From Octopus sinensis (taxonomy: Eukaryota), in the NCBI RefSeq assembly GCF_006345805.1, contig NW_021828698.1:1-7925 (forward strand): 7,925 bases of DNA, written 5' to 3'. The notes under the pieces were generated by a model. The model made no database searches. It was not told the DNA's origin and was given only the letters and a program-made list of their open reading frames with translations. This document shows positions 6,633 through 7,925 of the stretch, one piece after another; position 1 is the first letter of the stretch; every line of letters begins with the position of its first letter. Position numbers and translations under genes: made by a program.

Positions 6633-7201
6633 AATTATACGATACATGAAAAGAAATTAGTTAATAATACGTAACGTACTTGCAAGTGCGACACCACGCC
6701 TCGATTTGCTTCTTCTACCATTGACCAATTAGATTCAAAGAATTGCAAATAATTTGGAATCGATTCTTGTCTCATTTAACATTTATATTCATTTAACTTT
6801 GGTTTTATTCCTTTTCTACTCCATCTCTGTTTTTTTCTTTTATTTCTGTTATTTCTTTCTCTTCATAATTCTTTTTCGGAAATGTTCACAACTTTTTCGT
6901 CTAGCTTTCATTTAAAATACACACACATGGATATACTTGCATATAAACATATATAGACACATACACATATCCGTGTGTGTGTGTGTGTATACTATACTAT
7001 ATTATGCTTTTGCCTGCTTGAATTGTTTTTTTTATATATATATATAAATTTGTTCGTTTTTCGTTTCATTCTCTCGATTTCTATGATCCACGTTCTTCTT
7101 TTCGTTAAGTATCATTTTATATATTCCTCCACTTATTAGTTTTTATTTCCCTCTTTTTTAAATGTATTTTTGTTTTGTAATCTCTCTTACAGACATATTC
7201 G

Positions 7202-7203
<2 letters not shown>

Positions 7204-7246
<43 letters not shown>

Positions 7247-7437
7247 GTGTATATATATATATTGTATGTATGTATATATAGATATAAATACATAAATACA
7301 TGTTTATATATATATATCTCTTTGGATATATGTACATATATAGATCTATGTGTATATGTGTATATATATATAATATATATATATATATATAATGAATATG
7401 TATGTGTGTGTGTATTGTATTATATATATATATATTA

Positions 7438-7509
<72 letters not shown>

Positions 7510-7516
7510 GTATGTA
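7204..7516. repeat. Compound microsatellite: (TA)20 at 7204-7243, degenerate TA/TG, (TG)23 at 7451-7496, then (TATG)n
   Basis: Read directly. Confidence 0.95.
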
Positions 7517-7668
7517 TTTGTTTATCGTTTACTGCTTTTTACGTTAGCTTTTCCCAAAAAATATTTTCGCTTAATTTCTAATTTTGTATAACCCACTAAT
7601 TTCTTTTCGTTTCATTTCCTTTTGTATGTTCCCGCTTATTAAGCTTTCATTTTTTTAATATCACTTCG

Positions 7669-7760
7669 ACACACACCATGCTCATATATACAAACGCACA
7701 GGAACACACACCAACACAAAAACACACACACATACATACACACACACATAAACATACACT
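7669..7760. repeat. Degenerate CA-rich tract
   Basis: Read directly. Confidence 0.75.
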
Positions 7761-7925
7761 CTAACTAATACATTCTTACATACATATTTTATGGCATTTT
7801 TTATTGAGTTAATTTATTTCCACATCGATCATTATTTTGGCCACATCTTTATAGATAATTTTTTGAACGTTACTATATTTTTCTCTTTTAATTGTTCATT
7901 GTTACATTCTCATTAAAATATATTT

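Noticed and set aside
5604-6674. ORFs up to 185 aa with IYLS, CV and YI repeats
   Set aside because: Artefacts of the (GATA)n, (CA)n and (TA)n tracts.
3861-7846. TGGCCACAT occurring three times (3862, 5414, 7838)
   Set aside because: Chosen after the fact, widely spaced and with no shared flanks; not distinguishable from chance.

Overview
This is AT-rich, microsatellite-dense eukaryotic DNA. The repeat families and the density of (TA)n/(CA)n/(GATA)n/(ATG)n tracts look like an octopus (cephalopod) genome; that assignment comes from my recall of these repeats, not from a search. No complete host gene is visible. Supported content: (1) the 3' end of an RTE-clade non-LTR retrotransposon with an uninterrupted RT C-terminal frame and a (TGA)4 tail at ~3-512; (2) a tRNA-derived SINE on the minus strand at 3380-3540; (3) a cluster of a second tRNA-derived SINE family at 4644-5252, made of a deleted 3' fragment plus a head-to-tail dimer bounded by one target-site duplication; (4) an interspersed-repeat fragment at ~3181-3354 carrying a degenerate minimal hammerhead-ribozyme-like motif of the Penelope-like-element type; (5) many microsatellites. 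Nearly all ORFs in the supplied track are translations of microsatellites. The most interesting points are the hammerhead-like motif, the SINE dimer with an inverted-repeat junction, a 47-bp hairpin whose core looks like a minimal piggyBac-type TTAA-CCCT...AGGG-TTAA element, and a weak candidate pair of plus-strand exons. I found no well-supported new multi-gene system.
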